A stretch of DNA of 60,193 nucleotides, filler included, from Sphacelaria rigidula (lineage: Eukaryota), in the NCBI GenBank assembly GCA_964200075.2. It is 10 parts of 10 records of this genome, joined end to end, with 100 filler letters (N's around TTAATTAATTAA, not from the genome) between each part and the next. Parts side by side here need not be neighbours in the genome. Positions count along the whole stretch, not along the records: positions 12,061 to 17,990 come from CAXNAA020023410.1; positions 18,091 to 24,019 come from CAXNAA020023411.1; 8 more parts are not named here. One strand, given 5' to 3'. The notes under the pieces were generated by a model, which had not been told where the DNA came from, ran no database searches, and saw only the letters and a program-made list of their open reading frames with translations. Positions 12,061 through 22,958 of the stretch are shown one piece after another. Within the stretch, counting starts at the first letter, position 1. Every line of letters begins with the position of its first letter. The translations under genes and the position numbers were made by a program.

Positions 12061-12545
12061 ACTTGTTCAATGGACAAACTGTTCGCTTCTTGAACAAAAA
12101 GAAATGCTGCGTGGTCCATCCCGGCATGACACATGAGGGATCTCCTGCGCCTCGTGCCCCTCGCAAGCCTCACTGTCCACATGTCAAACTCATTCCTTCC
12201 ACAATCGATCATGCCCGGATTCGAACCGCATATCTTTTGTTCACGAAGCGAACAGTTTATCCATTGAGCCAGTGGGCGCTCACTGGTAGCTCAATGGTCA
12301 AATGTTTGCTTCCTTCACAACAGATTTGGAGTTCGAGACTCAGCATGATCGATTGTGGAAGGAAGGGATTTGAATTGTGGACAGTGAGGCGTGCGAGGGG
12401 AAGAGGCCCTGGAGATTCCTGATGTGTCATGCCGGGATGGACCACGCAGCAAATCTTTTGTTCACGAAGCGAACAGTTTGTCCATCGACCTAGTGAGCGC
12501 TCACTGGTTTAATGGGTAAAGTGTTCGCTTCCTGAACAAATATAT
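12061..12545. repeat. Alternating-orientation palindromic array of about 220-bp units with tRNA-like (A box/B box) termini
   Basis: About 12068-12277 is the imperfect reverse complement of about 12278-12490; symmetry centres CCAGTGGGCGCTCACTGG (12269-12286) and AGTGAGCGCTCACT (12492-12505); minus-strand A box TGGCTCAATGG (12271-12261) and B box GGTTCGAATCC (12227-12217). Confidence 0.8.
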
Positions 12546-12969
12546 TTAGGCACAAAGAAGATATGAAGGAGTAGCTATTCTCAGAAAAGCATCTGCTGTT
12601 CAGGCACTGGCCGTGGGATCGACAACCAGCAAGAGCAGGGCAATGATAGAGGTATCCGTCCGGGCTGCTATAGGTGCGTGCCACTGACTGCAACTCAGTC
12701 GACGTGTGTGCGCCAATGTTTCCGTTCGAAACGCGGCGTGAAAGGTTGTGGTTCGCCCCAATTACACCTTTCGTTTTTTTTTTCGCGTTTTTTTTTTGCG
12801 GTCTCCGTTCATACATTAGACGCATTTTTCCGGCGTGATTGATCGATTGATTGACTGGTTTATTGTCGCACGTCGGCGTGAAGAGAGATGAAAGATGCCC
12901 GCAGTTGTATCTCACCAGGACGGGTCTGAGAGGAGGACTATCTGGACTTTACCAACGGGAACTTATATT

Positions 12970-13456
12970 CAGCGCTATACACGTTACACGTTACACGTTA
13001 CACGTTACACGTTACACGTTACACGTTACACGTTACACGTTACACGTTACACGTTACACGTTACGTTCATCACGTAAAACAAATTTAATGTTCACGTTAG
13101 GTTTCGGCTAAAACATAACTTAAACGTAACGTGTAACGCTATGGCACGTGTAACGTGTATAGCCCTGGCTATACACGTACACGTTCACGTTACGTTCATC
13201 ACGTGAAAAAAATTAAAGTTCACGTTACGTGACGTGTGTCACGTAAAAAAAATATAACGTTACATTGACGTTACATTTGAAAATTTAACATTACGTTCAC
13301 GTTACGTTCATCACGTCAAAAGATTTTAACGTTACGTCAACGTGACGTTTGAAAAATTGACGTTACGTTTACGTTACGTTCATCACGTATAACAAATTCA
13401 ACGTTCACGTGAACGTAACGTGTAACGCCATGGCACGTGTAACGTGTATAGCCCTG
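12970..13456. mobile_element. hAT-type MITE with ACGT-rich internal repeats and an (ACACGTT)n tract
   Basis: TIRs CAG(C/G)GCTATACACGTTACACG; 8-bp flanks CTTATATT (12962-12969) and CTTATGTT (13457-13464) match 7/8; 7-mer tandem about 12979-13062; an extra right end occurs internally at about 13140-13167. Confidence 0.8.
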
Positions 13457-13464
13457 CTTATGTT

Positions 13465-13620
13465 ATATACCCATGCTTGTGTACCCGGGAGAGATGGGTC
13501 GAGCCCTTGAGACCACGAACTTGTCCCGAGGAAGGGGGAGGATTCGAAGTGTGACAACACACAATAAATGCTTGGGATGTAGAAACCAGCGCTACATACT
13601 CGACTTGCTGTATGATGCTC
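13465..13620 (+). repeat. Interspersed repeat fragment; inverted copy at about 5830-5910
   Basis: gtacccggg..agatgggt..cccttgagaccacg..cccgaggaagggg..ttc.aagtgtga matches the reverse complement of 5832-5906. Confidence 0.65.
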
Positions 13621-14229
13621 TAGACGCGCTGTCGGAGGGTGCTGTATCGCAAGCGACATGAGCGCAGCATGGTTTATCAACTCACATTAAAACGCCGGGA
13701 GATGAGATAGCTCTCGTGCTGTCTGACGTGTTGAATATTCGTCGACTTTCGAAAAGAAGCAAGCACCGAATAAAGCTTCGAGAAGAGTTTTCATCACCTT
13801 TTTTCATAAACCAAGTATGGAAATATTCGGGCAACGTTTTACGGCGTTTGTACAGAACCACGCATCGAAAACGTGTAGAAATGTTCAACTACTTCGCCCT
13901 TGACATGTTGTCGAGATATCAAGCGAGCATATGAGAACGTTTGTAAAGAACAAAGTGTTAAAAACTTCAGGGATATTCGTCGGCGCTTGTAGAACACTAT
14001 AGCTCTAGGCGTCTAATACCTAAAAAAGAAGCTTCCGCCGACGTTTGTGAAGAGCGAAGTGTCGAAACCTTCCAATACAAAAATCAGTATTTGTAAAACG
14101 CGAAGTGTCCAAATCTGCACGATGAAACATTCGTCGACGACCCTAAAGAAACACGCGATAAAAGAAAGAACAATACAATGTTCAACATATACTTCCTCTG
14201 TCCCATAAGTAAAGGTCGTCTATGACTAA

Positions 14230-14420
14230 AGACACCCTTAACGTTGTTCGATGCCGTAGGCGGTAATTATTTTGAAATCTTCGGTGTTTTTTGGGATGGA
14301 ACCCGTATTTTATGTTTTTGCACGTATCACCCTGCATGCATGAACGGCCGAAAAAAAAACCGTCGGCCCCCAAAAGGCCGTATTTCGCCCCCTTTCCAGG
14401 GGCGAAAAAATGTCCTTAAG
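14230..14420 (+). repeat. Interspersed repeat; homologous to about 56050-56250
   Basis: Shared gaacggc.gaaaaaaaaac.gtcggcccc.aaa.ggccgt.ttt..c.cctttcc..ggg block. Confidence 0.65.
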
Positions 14421-16779
14421 GACACTTGCATTATAGTAAATGACTGATTATCCTGGTTGATCTTTCACAGTGCAGCGGATTTCGTCGGGGTAAAAAGTGA
14501 CGGCCGCAAACTACGAGGTTTTTTTGAGAGGTCGAGCTCCCCGGTTCCGTTGATCTGAGCTTTGCACTCGGACCAATGATTTTTTGGGGCAGCCAGCGCC
14601 ATCACCGTAACGCTCCGCGATGGGGGCTTGAACGCCCTTGGGCACCCTTGATTTGCCTGGTGGAATTGCCATCGCCATCTCCACCACCATGGCGTGACGT
14701 CGGCTCAACGATACTTCGGCGCCTCGTTTACTTTTTGGGGGGGGTATCCATCGTGGTTGTGGGATGCGGTGGGCGTCCAAACGCCGTAAATTACATACAT
14801 ACTCGAAAACAATCTCGAAAATATTCTAAACGAATTCCCCCAAACCCGCCAAATTTCCCAGTTCTTGACCCAGTAATTCTCACTACAATGAGTCCGAGTC
14901 GGATTTTTTATTTCATGAGCATCATCATATCAATAGTTTTTCAGCAAACCTAAGTTTAGGATCATAGGCAACTCCACTAGCGAGATATGATGTGCCCCCC
15001 ATAAGGATATTTACTTGTGGGACAGGGGAAGTACGAGCTGGGCCGGCCCATACAACCGATCATCAAAATTGAGGATGGAGCTTTTCATTGAGGATGATTA
15101 CCCGGCAAATTCAAACCTTCGTATCCACAACATCTTTCCGAAATATCGTTGCATATCTTCACCTCGTGGTAGCTATTGGCAACCACTATATGCCCTACAA
15201 GTTTGGATTTCGATAACCGAAATGTTGGGGTCGCAGGTGAAGAAACGATTCTGGGAAATCGGGCGGTCCGTTCTGATCACCTACATTCCTCAGAATTGTT
15301 TTTTCACCCAGGACCCCAACATTTCGCTCATCGTAATCGATAAATATTTATGGCGCGTAGTGGTTGTCAATAGCTACTAGGACGTGAAGGAATGCAACCG
15401 TATTTGGAACAACGGTTGTGGATACCAACATTTTGATCGTCGCGGGTTGTCATCCTCCATGAAAAGCTCCATCCTCACATTTGATGACCCGCCGTTCCTA
15501 CGAGTAGATGTGTAGGTCGCAGGCCCATTCTGACCTCAATTTCGAGAGTTGGGCTTTCAAATTTGGTTTGGAGAATGAACAAGTCATGATCAAAAAGGAA
15601 ATCTCGGAGTGGTGAGATCTTATTTGTCGTGTGTTGAGGGCAAACACCAACATTCAGTTTTTATTAAAATGCCTGTGAATCATGAAACGTAGAGAAAGCT
15701 CAACGTCCGAAGATATTTCATGTTTGTTCACTGTTTATTCCCTTTACCAAGTTTAAAATTCTCAGTACTGAGGTGAAAATAGGCGATTGAGAACCCCGGC
15801 CGGTCGAAGTTTGGAACAGAGTTTTGCAGGCCAATTTCCCATCCCAGGTTTGGTTCTTGTACCTTGAAATTCGCTTGAGGAATCGCCATGGCATAGTGGG
15901 AAAGAAAACAATTAGGGCACGTTGATTTTTTTTCTTTCTTGTCATGAGTTGAGGATGTTTTAGTGTTGCAAGGTCCATTTTTTCACTGCAACGCCCTTGA
16001 CTCACTCAAGAAAAAATGGGGGTCAACTTTTTGTTTTGTTTTCAGTACAGTACGCCCTTGCGATTTCTCATACCCCACTTGATCTAAGTCATGAGGTCGA
16101 TATGGAAATCACACAACATACGGTCGATTTTGTACCTTAGGCCTATTGCGGCCAGTGCACGGTCAAGAAATGGTGTATAATATGTTCGGGCATCACTCAA
16201 TATGAGGGGGGAAAAATGAACTCCAGAGGCTACCAAAATCGATTGGTGAGGGGGCCTGCTCCTACATGCCCCCATCGTCGAGGTAATCTAGCGGTGAGAT
16301 ACTGATTTCGCCCTACGCAGTGTGTGATGTGAGGTAACCATGAGGTCGGAAAACAGGAAAAATGCCAGAACTGACAATCCTGTGGGTGCCTCGAATCCGT
16401 ATTTTTGCTCTTCTCGAAAGTCACGGGAACGTCTCTCATCGGAGCTTCGAGTTGGGGTGGTGATTTCGGCCTGCTGCTGGTGATATGTAAGCACCACTTT
16501 TTAAAGCTAATCGAAAAAACAGCTGAATTGGCAGTCCCGCATGAGCACTTCAAATTTAGTGCAATGAACCTATTGAGAAAAATCGAAAAAGTGGCAGACA
16601 TATACGGTGGGACTTCCAAATCGATCTTATACATTGCATCCGCTAGGAAGTACTCAGTTTCGAATCACAACTCTGAAAAATGAGCTGAGAGACTGAGACA
16701 AGGGTCAAAAGGCAATGTTCACTTTTCACCGAAACGCGGCCCCAATGACATGAAACAAATATCGAGCTGGAGAATACTT

Positions 16780-17250
16780 TTTTTATTATCTTAGCGGTTC
16801 TCCATACTGTATCAATTTGCGAAGTACAACTATTGACACTGAAACGAAATCCAGATTTGGTGCATTTAGTCCCTCTTCTCGTAATATATTGAGTTTGGTA
16901 TATAATACAATGTGCGTCGTATCTCGGGAAAGATATCGAATGAGGAGGGTATCGATCATTTCCCAGCGCTTCAGGAAATCTTCACGCCAAAATTCGCCTT
17001 CATCTACTGTATATAACGCTCGGGGTTTCATATAGATTTTAGTATGGGCCATGTATCCGTACGGTATAGGAATTACTTGACATGGTGTTTGATCAACGAG
17101 AAACAAATGGCCCGGGATTTTGAACAGGTGAACATCTTCCCCTTATTATTGGACGATTATGAAGATATGCGGATCACGACCCAATTCGTATGTGTCGATC
17201 AAATATGGCGGCGATGGTATAATTCCGTTATAAGGCTGGTCCAGCTCTTA
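16780..17250 (+). repeat. Interspersed repeat (probable non-coding interior of a DNA transposon); homologous to about 55075-55530
   Basis: Colinear blocks atccagattt.g.gcat.tagt..ctct..tcgtaatatattga, ccgtacggtataggaattact, catcttccccttg/a, atatgcggatcacg.cccaa. Confidence 0.7.
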
Positions 17251-18508
17251 TTGAAAAGCATCCATCGAATATTCCAAAAACGTTTCATCGACATTCGTGT
17301 AAAACCTAAAGCGGAAAAAACATCATGGACTGTACCGCCGACGTTTGTGGAGAATAAATTGTCGAAATGTCGAAAAGAACATTCATCGACGTTTGTGTCA
17401 AGAACCAAGTGTTGAAAAATATCAGGAGTATCCGTCCACGTCCTACCAGGAACTATTTGTCGAAAACTTCAAGGAAATTTCGTCCACATCTGTGTCTGGT
17501 TAAACAAGCGCCGGGAGCTTCAAGAAAGATCCGACGACACTTTGTGAAAACCACAGGTCGCAAACAGTGTTGAAGGAGGGCACCAGTGGGCATGGTCGTA
17601 CAGTAAGCTGGAAGAGGAGTGAGTATGTCTCAGCAACAAAAAAACAGGGGAAGGTGCTGACGCGAGGACACTTCGTGTGATTGTCTGTTCAAATCGGCTC
17701 GATTGAAACACAGACAGTTGCTTTGCTGTGCAGCACTGTGCATTCGCAAGACGTATAACATGTACACGCGTTTTCATTGCTCTTCGGGCCTGAAAATTGC
17801 TGACAAATATCACCGCGATCGCATCTGGCGAAGGAGGGAGACCAGGAATATAGCAATAAGCCTGCACGGCGGTGAAGTCAGCGTCAACCGTGCGGCAACC
17901 AGAAGACTCCAATTCTCGAACACTTACATGAATGCACTGTTTCTTAAATTCCCTGCACTTGCCATTGTATTTCGCATTGTACGAACTAACNNNNNNNNNN
18001 NNNNNNNNNNNNNNNNNNNNNNNNNNNNNNNNNNTTAATTAATTAANNNNNNNNNNNNNNNNNNNNNNNNNNNNNNNNNNNNNNNNNNNNCATGACTATG
18101 GCATGCATGATCATGAGTACACCCCCCTCGCGAAAGTGGCTGGTTCAGAGTAGCAAAATCTACACGTGAATCGAAATGAAAACAGCCGAGCGCAACGATC
18201 AGCTGGGAATTCCCATGAGTCGGGTCGTTTTTGCAAATGCCGCCCACCTGAGGCGCTTCATGCTGCCTGAAACCAAACATCAGGCGCTGTATGATTCTCT
18301 CCGTAACAGTTATGGGCTGTTTTTTTGGGCGGGGTGGGGGGGGGGGGCTATCGTAGAAAGACTCAACACACCGTACTCCTGTAATATGTAACCCAAACTT
18401 TGCGATCCCCCAAGTATTGTACTACAGTAGTGGGCGTCTAACTATTCATTTTGTGGGATTTTGTGATTTTTTTGCAATTGGCGATCTTCTTGGGCTCTTT
18501 TCGCTTAA

Positions 18509-18757
18509 GACTGCTGCCGAGATAGCCCCCCCCGAACCGGCCAAAAACGTGCGCAGAGGAGATAATCACAAATTCCTTTAGAGCTGATTTCGTGCTGCAC
18601 GACGCGGCTCATTTTGGAGTTACAGCTGATCTTGAACTGCTACACGCCTCTCATGTGGGCGAAATTGCTGCGAACGATCCCAATAGTGAGATCGCAGCCG
18701 GTTCGTTGGTCGGTTTCCGGTGCACTTTTTGAGGGGGGGGCTATCTCGGCATTAGTC
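18509..18757. mobile_element. MITE with poly-C-containing TIRs
   Basis: gactgctgccgagatagccccccc ... ggggggggctatctcggcattagtc; TIR related to the elements at 41821 and 49370; no clean TSD. Confidence 0.7.
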
Positions 18758-19959
18758 ATTACATCATCCCTCACATTGGGGATCTGAAGATGTTTGTATC
18801 CGCTCTACATTCCAAGGGAAAAAATCATTTGTACTCAATGTGGAGCGACTTACGGACTGACCGGCCATGGGGGGTCCCACGTTTCAGCCCAGAGCCCAGA
18901 CACGTGGAATGGCGCAAAAGTTGCGTGGATACCCCTTCCATCAGCGGTCAAGCTTTATCTCCCTTTTGGGCAATCAGGCCGAACGAACCGTGGATTTGGT
19001 GATTCGAACCCGTGATGATTTGTCCGAACCGTGGAACGTTTCGTCGCACCACGGCGCGGTGCAGGGAAGTGATGTCAGGGATTACGCTAGTCCGTCTATC
19101 CTAGCCAACGAACACTTCGTAGCACATGTACTTGAGAATATGAGTGTATCAAATCTTGAGTATAGAAGTAGTTAGAACTTCGATACGTTTCTATAATAAT
19201 CGAGAAGACGGCTCTCGTGAAAACGACTGATACATAATTGTATTCACGCAGCAGAGTTCTGAAAATGAACGGTTTCCTGAAATACCCCATACTCCTGTAG
19301 TATGAACTGTTTTTCTCCATAACTTGTATACGATTTCTCCAAGTGTAAATGCCTTGTTCCATTTTTTTAACGTAAAGGCAGTGTGGTGGCCCACCCCTTC
19401 CACTCTTCTCTTCCCCCGGACTTATAAGGCCTATTATTGTCGAAGAAATGTTTGATTGGAGAAGTCTTGAAAGTTTGAAGAGTTCCAAACGGCTCATAAC
19501 TCTTGAGTTCTGCCGTTGCTGTTAGATAACTCATCTCGGACACGGGTGTCGGTCTCGTCGTTGGCTCCCCTTCGCTGGCCTGATGACGCAATGCTCGCCA
19601 ACCCACGACGCCTTTTATTGTCCGACATGGCCCAGAGTGTCACTGGCAAGATACTTGATGGCTCTCGAACGCTTGCGAGCGCCACGGCATACACACAGGG
19701 CAGCTCTCCGGAGTGCTTCATTACAATGCGACTTTTTCGAACGTCTCCAAAATGAAGCTTCGGAGAGAAATCAAGGCGCTCAAGCAGTGCCCGTATTCGT
19801 CACCTACCTCTCTGCTAGATTCAAACATTTTGCCGTCTACTATCTCAACCATACCCAGAATAACGACATCCCCTGCGCTGACCGGTGCACGTATCCCACC
19901 TTACTTTGGCGGGCTGTCGCTTGCGTATGCCCTTATGTTTCTGGCGTCCTAAACACAAG

Positions 19960-21591
19960 GTTCATCACGTGCTCAAGGACCACCCGTACCGCAAGCTGGC
20001 TTTGAGTCTTCGCCGTCAACATCAGCAGCATCGACCTCGTGTGATCGGCCTCACCGCCTCTTACACATATGCTATCGGGGAGAAGAAGACCAAGGCTTCC
20101 CTGGAAGCGTTATGCCGCGAGTTACATGTCGTTCAGTGCGAGAGTGCCACGCCGGAAGAACTGCACGCCGACGGCTACTACGCCACGGGCGCCCGCGCCG
20201 AAGTTTCGTTGCCCTCGCCTTCAGCATTCACATCATCTGCGGTAGCTGGCATCGTGCCAGAGGCCCTACGAAAGCCGCACGAGATGGGCAAGGTATTTTT
20301 CCAGCGAGAGAAAGAAGGTCGCAGTACTCCCTTCGCCGCCAGGCTGATGGCCTGCGTTCGCGCCATGGAGGAAACGATTGCTGAGTCTGACGAGGTTGAA
20401 TCATTCGCCTCACCGCTGCCCCCTGCAGGGTCGCCCGCCCCCAGGGAATGGGGAGCCTACGCCCATGAGCTCGCTCGCGACGGTGTGGTCGCGCGCAAGG
20501 GCGACAAAGGTGGTTCTCCCTCCAGCGGCCCCAAACGAAGGCGAGAGCGCGATCGTCCCATGCTCGCCCAGCTTGAGCACTGGTACGAGGCTGTCAAAAC
20601 ACTGGTTGTTTCGTGGGAAGAGGACGTGGATATCGCGGCAACCATCCTCGATATGGGCGGCTGCGGGAGATCTCACAAGACGGCAGTTGGGGTGTGGCCG
20701 AGAAAGGTTCGACAGCTAGTCTCCTTCTTCTGGGGGGAAGTTCCGACGGAATTCGCTCGCTTCGAGCATCTCAAGCAGGTGCTCAAGGACAAATACAAAA
20801 AGCACGGCTGTGACGGGAGCAGTGGGACCGACGGAACTGGTTTTCGCGGCATCGTCTTTGTTCAGCAACGCGTGACAACGCATGTCTTGCAACATGTTAT
20901 CTCCAGCGACCCAGACCTGAAGCCGCTCATCTCGCCAGCCTGCTTGTACGCCCACGGGTCTCGCGCAACAGCCTCTCTTTCCGTTTCCAAGGCGGTGGGA
21001 GAGACAAACCTGGGATTGTTTCGCGCGGGCCTCGTAAACCTTCTCATCTGCACGGTTGTAGCAGAGGAAGGCATGGACGTGCCAGCCTCGAACTGCGTGA
21101 TCAGATTTGATCCCGTACACCACGCCGTGTCTCTCGTGCAAGGGCGAGGTCGTGCCCGCCAGGATGGCAGCAGCCACGTAGTCCTCAACGAGCGCCCGGA
21201 CCGTCCATCTCACGTTCTTGAACGCGAAGCGCAACAACAACTGCGTTTTGTACGTGACTTCAAGCCTGACACGCGCAGAGATGCCGCCGCAGATGCCGCT
21301 CTGTTGGCCGCGCAGCGGTCGCGCGAGCGAGGAGCTCGAAGTGTTCTGGAGAAGATGCAGTCGCCGACGTTCGGCGCGCTGAGTGCAGTCAACACTTTCG
21401 CAAAGAAGACAAAGGTGGAACTAGAGGAGAGCTTGTGCAAGGTAGCAAGCGGTTTGTGGAGGTGCACCTTCACGTACGAGTCCTCTCTGCGCAAGCTCCA
21501 TGCTTTCGGAGAGGCTCCGGGAAAGAAGATTGCGAGGAAGCTGGCCGCAGCACAGCTTGTCGCAGATCTCTTGGAGGTAGTGCCGGCGTAA
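19960..21591 (+). CDS. Dicer/RIG-I-like (SF2 DExH) RNA helicase, apparent 3' exon, with C-terminal dsRBD/DUF283-like domain; 5' exon(s) with motifs I-II not found on this contig
   Basis: Candidate acceptor acacaag|gtt at 19959/19960 opens VHHVLKDHPY (tail of the Dicer-type DExHH..KDHPY). Motif III IGLTAS; motif IV GIVFVQQRVT; motif V FRAGLVNLLICTVVAEEGMDVPASNCVIRFD; motif VI VQGRGRAR. C-terminus ALSAVNTFAKK..WRCTFTY..GEAPGKKIARKLAA fits a dsRBD fold. TAA at 21589-21591. Confidence 0.88.
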   Translation, partial: VHHVLKDHPYRKLALSLRRQHQQHRPRVIGLTASYTYAIGEKKTKASLEALCRELHVVQCESATPEELHADGYYATGARAEVSLPSPSAFTSSAVAGIVPEALRKPHEMGKVFFQREKEGRSTPFAARLMACVRAMEETIAESDEVESFASPLPPAGSPAPREWGAYAHELARDGVVARKGDKGGSPSSGPKRRRERDRPMLAQLEHWYEAVKTLVVSWEEDVDIAATILDMGGCGRSHKTAVGVWPRKVRQLVSFFWGEVPTEFARFEHLKQVLKDKYKKHGCDGSSGTDGTGFRGIVFVQQRVTTHVLQHVISSDPDLKPLISPACLYAHGSRATASLSVSKAVGETNLGLFRAGLVNLLICTVVAEEGMDVPASNCVIRFDPVHHAVSLVQGRGRARQDGSSHVVLNERPDRPSHVLEREAQQQLRFVRDFKPDTRRDAAADAALLAAQRSRERGARSVLEKMQSPTFGALSAVNTFAKKTKVELEESLCKVASGLWRCTFTYESSLRKLHAFGEAPGKKIARKLAAAQLVADLLEVVPA

Positions 21592-22861
21592 TCGAAAGTT
21601 CGTATTGTAAATCCTATGTGTTCCGAGCGTTAGAAGTTTACGACGCACTGGCGCGCCCTTCTTTGCCTTGTGTTGTGTACTCTTGTTCTCGACGTCAACA
21701 TTGTGTACGTGTCTGGGACGGACGGGGCGTCCAAAGAGGGCTTGTTTTTTGCTTCTTGTTTTTCGTTCGGCTGAAACGTGTGCCTTTTGTCAGCTATCTC
21801 AACCTCCACTTCAGCACCTATTGAGATAGTCGAGGCTTCTGTCGTCAGACATTGACTTCGCGTATTGTCAGGATTCTGGTCCTGCAGAATCGAGCCCGCG
21901 CTGCCTCCATGATTACGTCACGATTGTTGTTATTTTCTTGCGAGGGTGTTTGACTTCGCGTTCTCTATGCCCCCCGTGTGGTATTGCGGAGGTTGTTTAT
22001 GGGCAGAGCAAGGACATCCTTGTAGATTTGAATGATCGATCGAGTGTCGTGCTGCGTGCGTTTGCGAAGTCATTGTTCAAAGTAGAAACTAGCTTGTTAC
22101 ATGACTGCTACAATGTAATACGGTGTGAATTCTCGATTGATGGTAAATTTCGTGTCATAGACTACTTGGTTTTAGTGCATCATAAATGACCTCTTGGTAT
22201 CTATGATACAAGTGCCATACGTAAGTCCCTGATTCCAGTACGTTGATGCCGCGAACTAGTACTGTGGTGTCGTTGTTGGTGTTGAGGTTTACTCGATTCT
22301 CAACTCGAAAAGGGCCTTATTCCAACATTGATTCATTCATTTGGTTTGTGTTTGTCTTCAGTATACGGTTACCCTTCTTGGTCAAGGTGAAACTGTGTGA
22401 ATCTCGAATGATCCCAATATTCAATGTTGCTCTGTCAGGAAAACAATGACAAGTAGCATAGCCCGAATGAAGACTTGCGGTAAAACTGGAATTGCGACGT
22501 GTTCGGGTACGATTCATACGGTACAATCACTCGTAAATGCATTTCTGGAATACATACATTTAGGCTATGACTCCATCTGCGGCCGCAGAAGAAGCAGAAC
22601 TCCAGATTTTTGCGCAGAAAAATGTCCGCGAACAAAACAGCAGTGATTCCGAACTATGTCGCAGATTTTCAGAAACTAGAGCAGATTATAAAGAGGATTG
22701 AGCATCACTGGGATTACCTGGCGCAGATTTCCAATAGGACAGCGCAGACTTGCTATTTCCCCAGGGAAAACACCTGCAGACAGACAGACATCCCTCCTCC
22801 TTTCAGGGCCCTATTCGTTACTCGTTCATGTTTCACGTTTCACGTCGAAAGCGAAGCCAGG

Positions 22862-22958
22862 CTAGTACTACGGTGGGGGACAGGGACCACGTGAGGAGCT
22901 CTGTTCAAAAGTTGAGTCAAATCAGAGCTCCCCACGCGGTCCCCTACCGTATTACTAG
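22862..22958. repeat. Imperfect hairpin (inverted repeat)
   Basis: ctagtactacggtgggg..gggaccacgtgaggagctctg / cagagctccccacgcggtcccc.taccgtattactag. Confidence 0.6.

Noticed and set aside
12207..12278. Functional tRNA gene
   Set aside because: A and B boxes are present, but the acceptor stem and anticodon loop are non-canonical and the sequence is part of a repeat array.
19885..19959. ORF-track N-terminus of the helicase (MHVSHL...)
   Set aside because: GTG start, pyrimidine-rich, ends at an AG just before VHH; most likely intron. No Walker A exon was found upstream on this contig.
6926..21591. A linked RNA-silencing or defence system (retroelement, hairpin array, dsRNA helicase)
   Set aside because: The three parts are on different contigs separated by artificial linkers.
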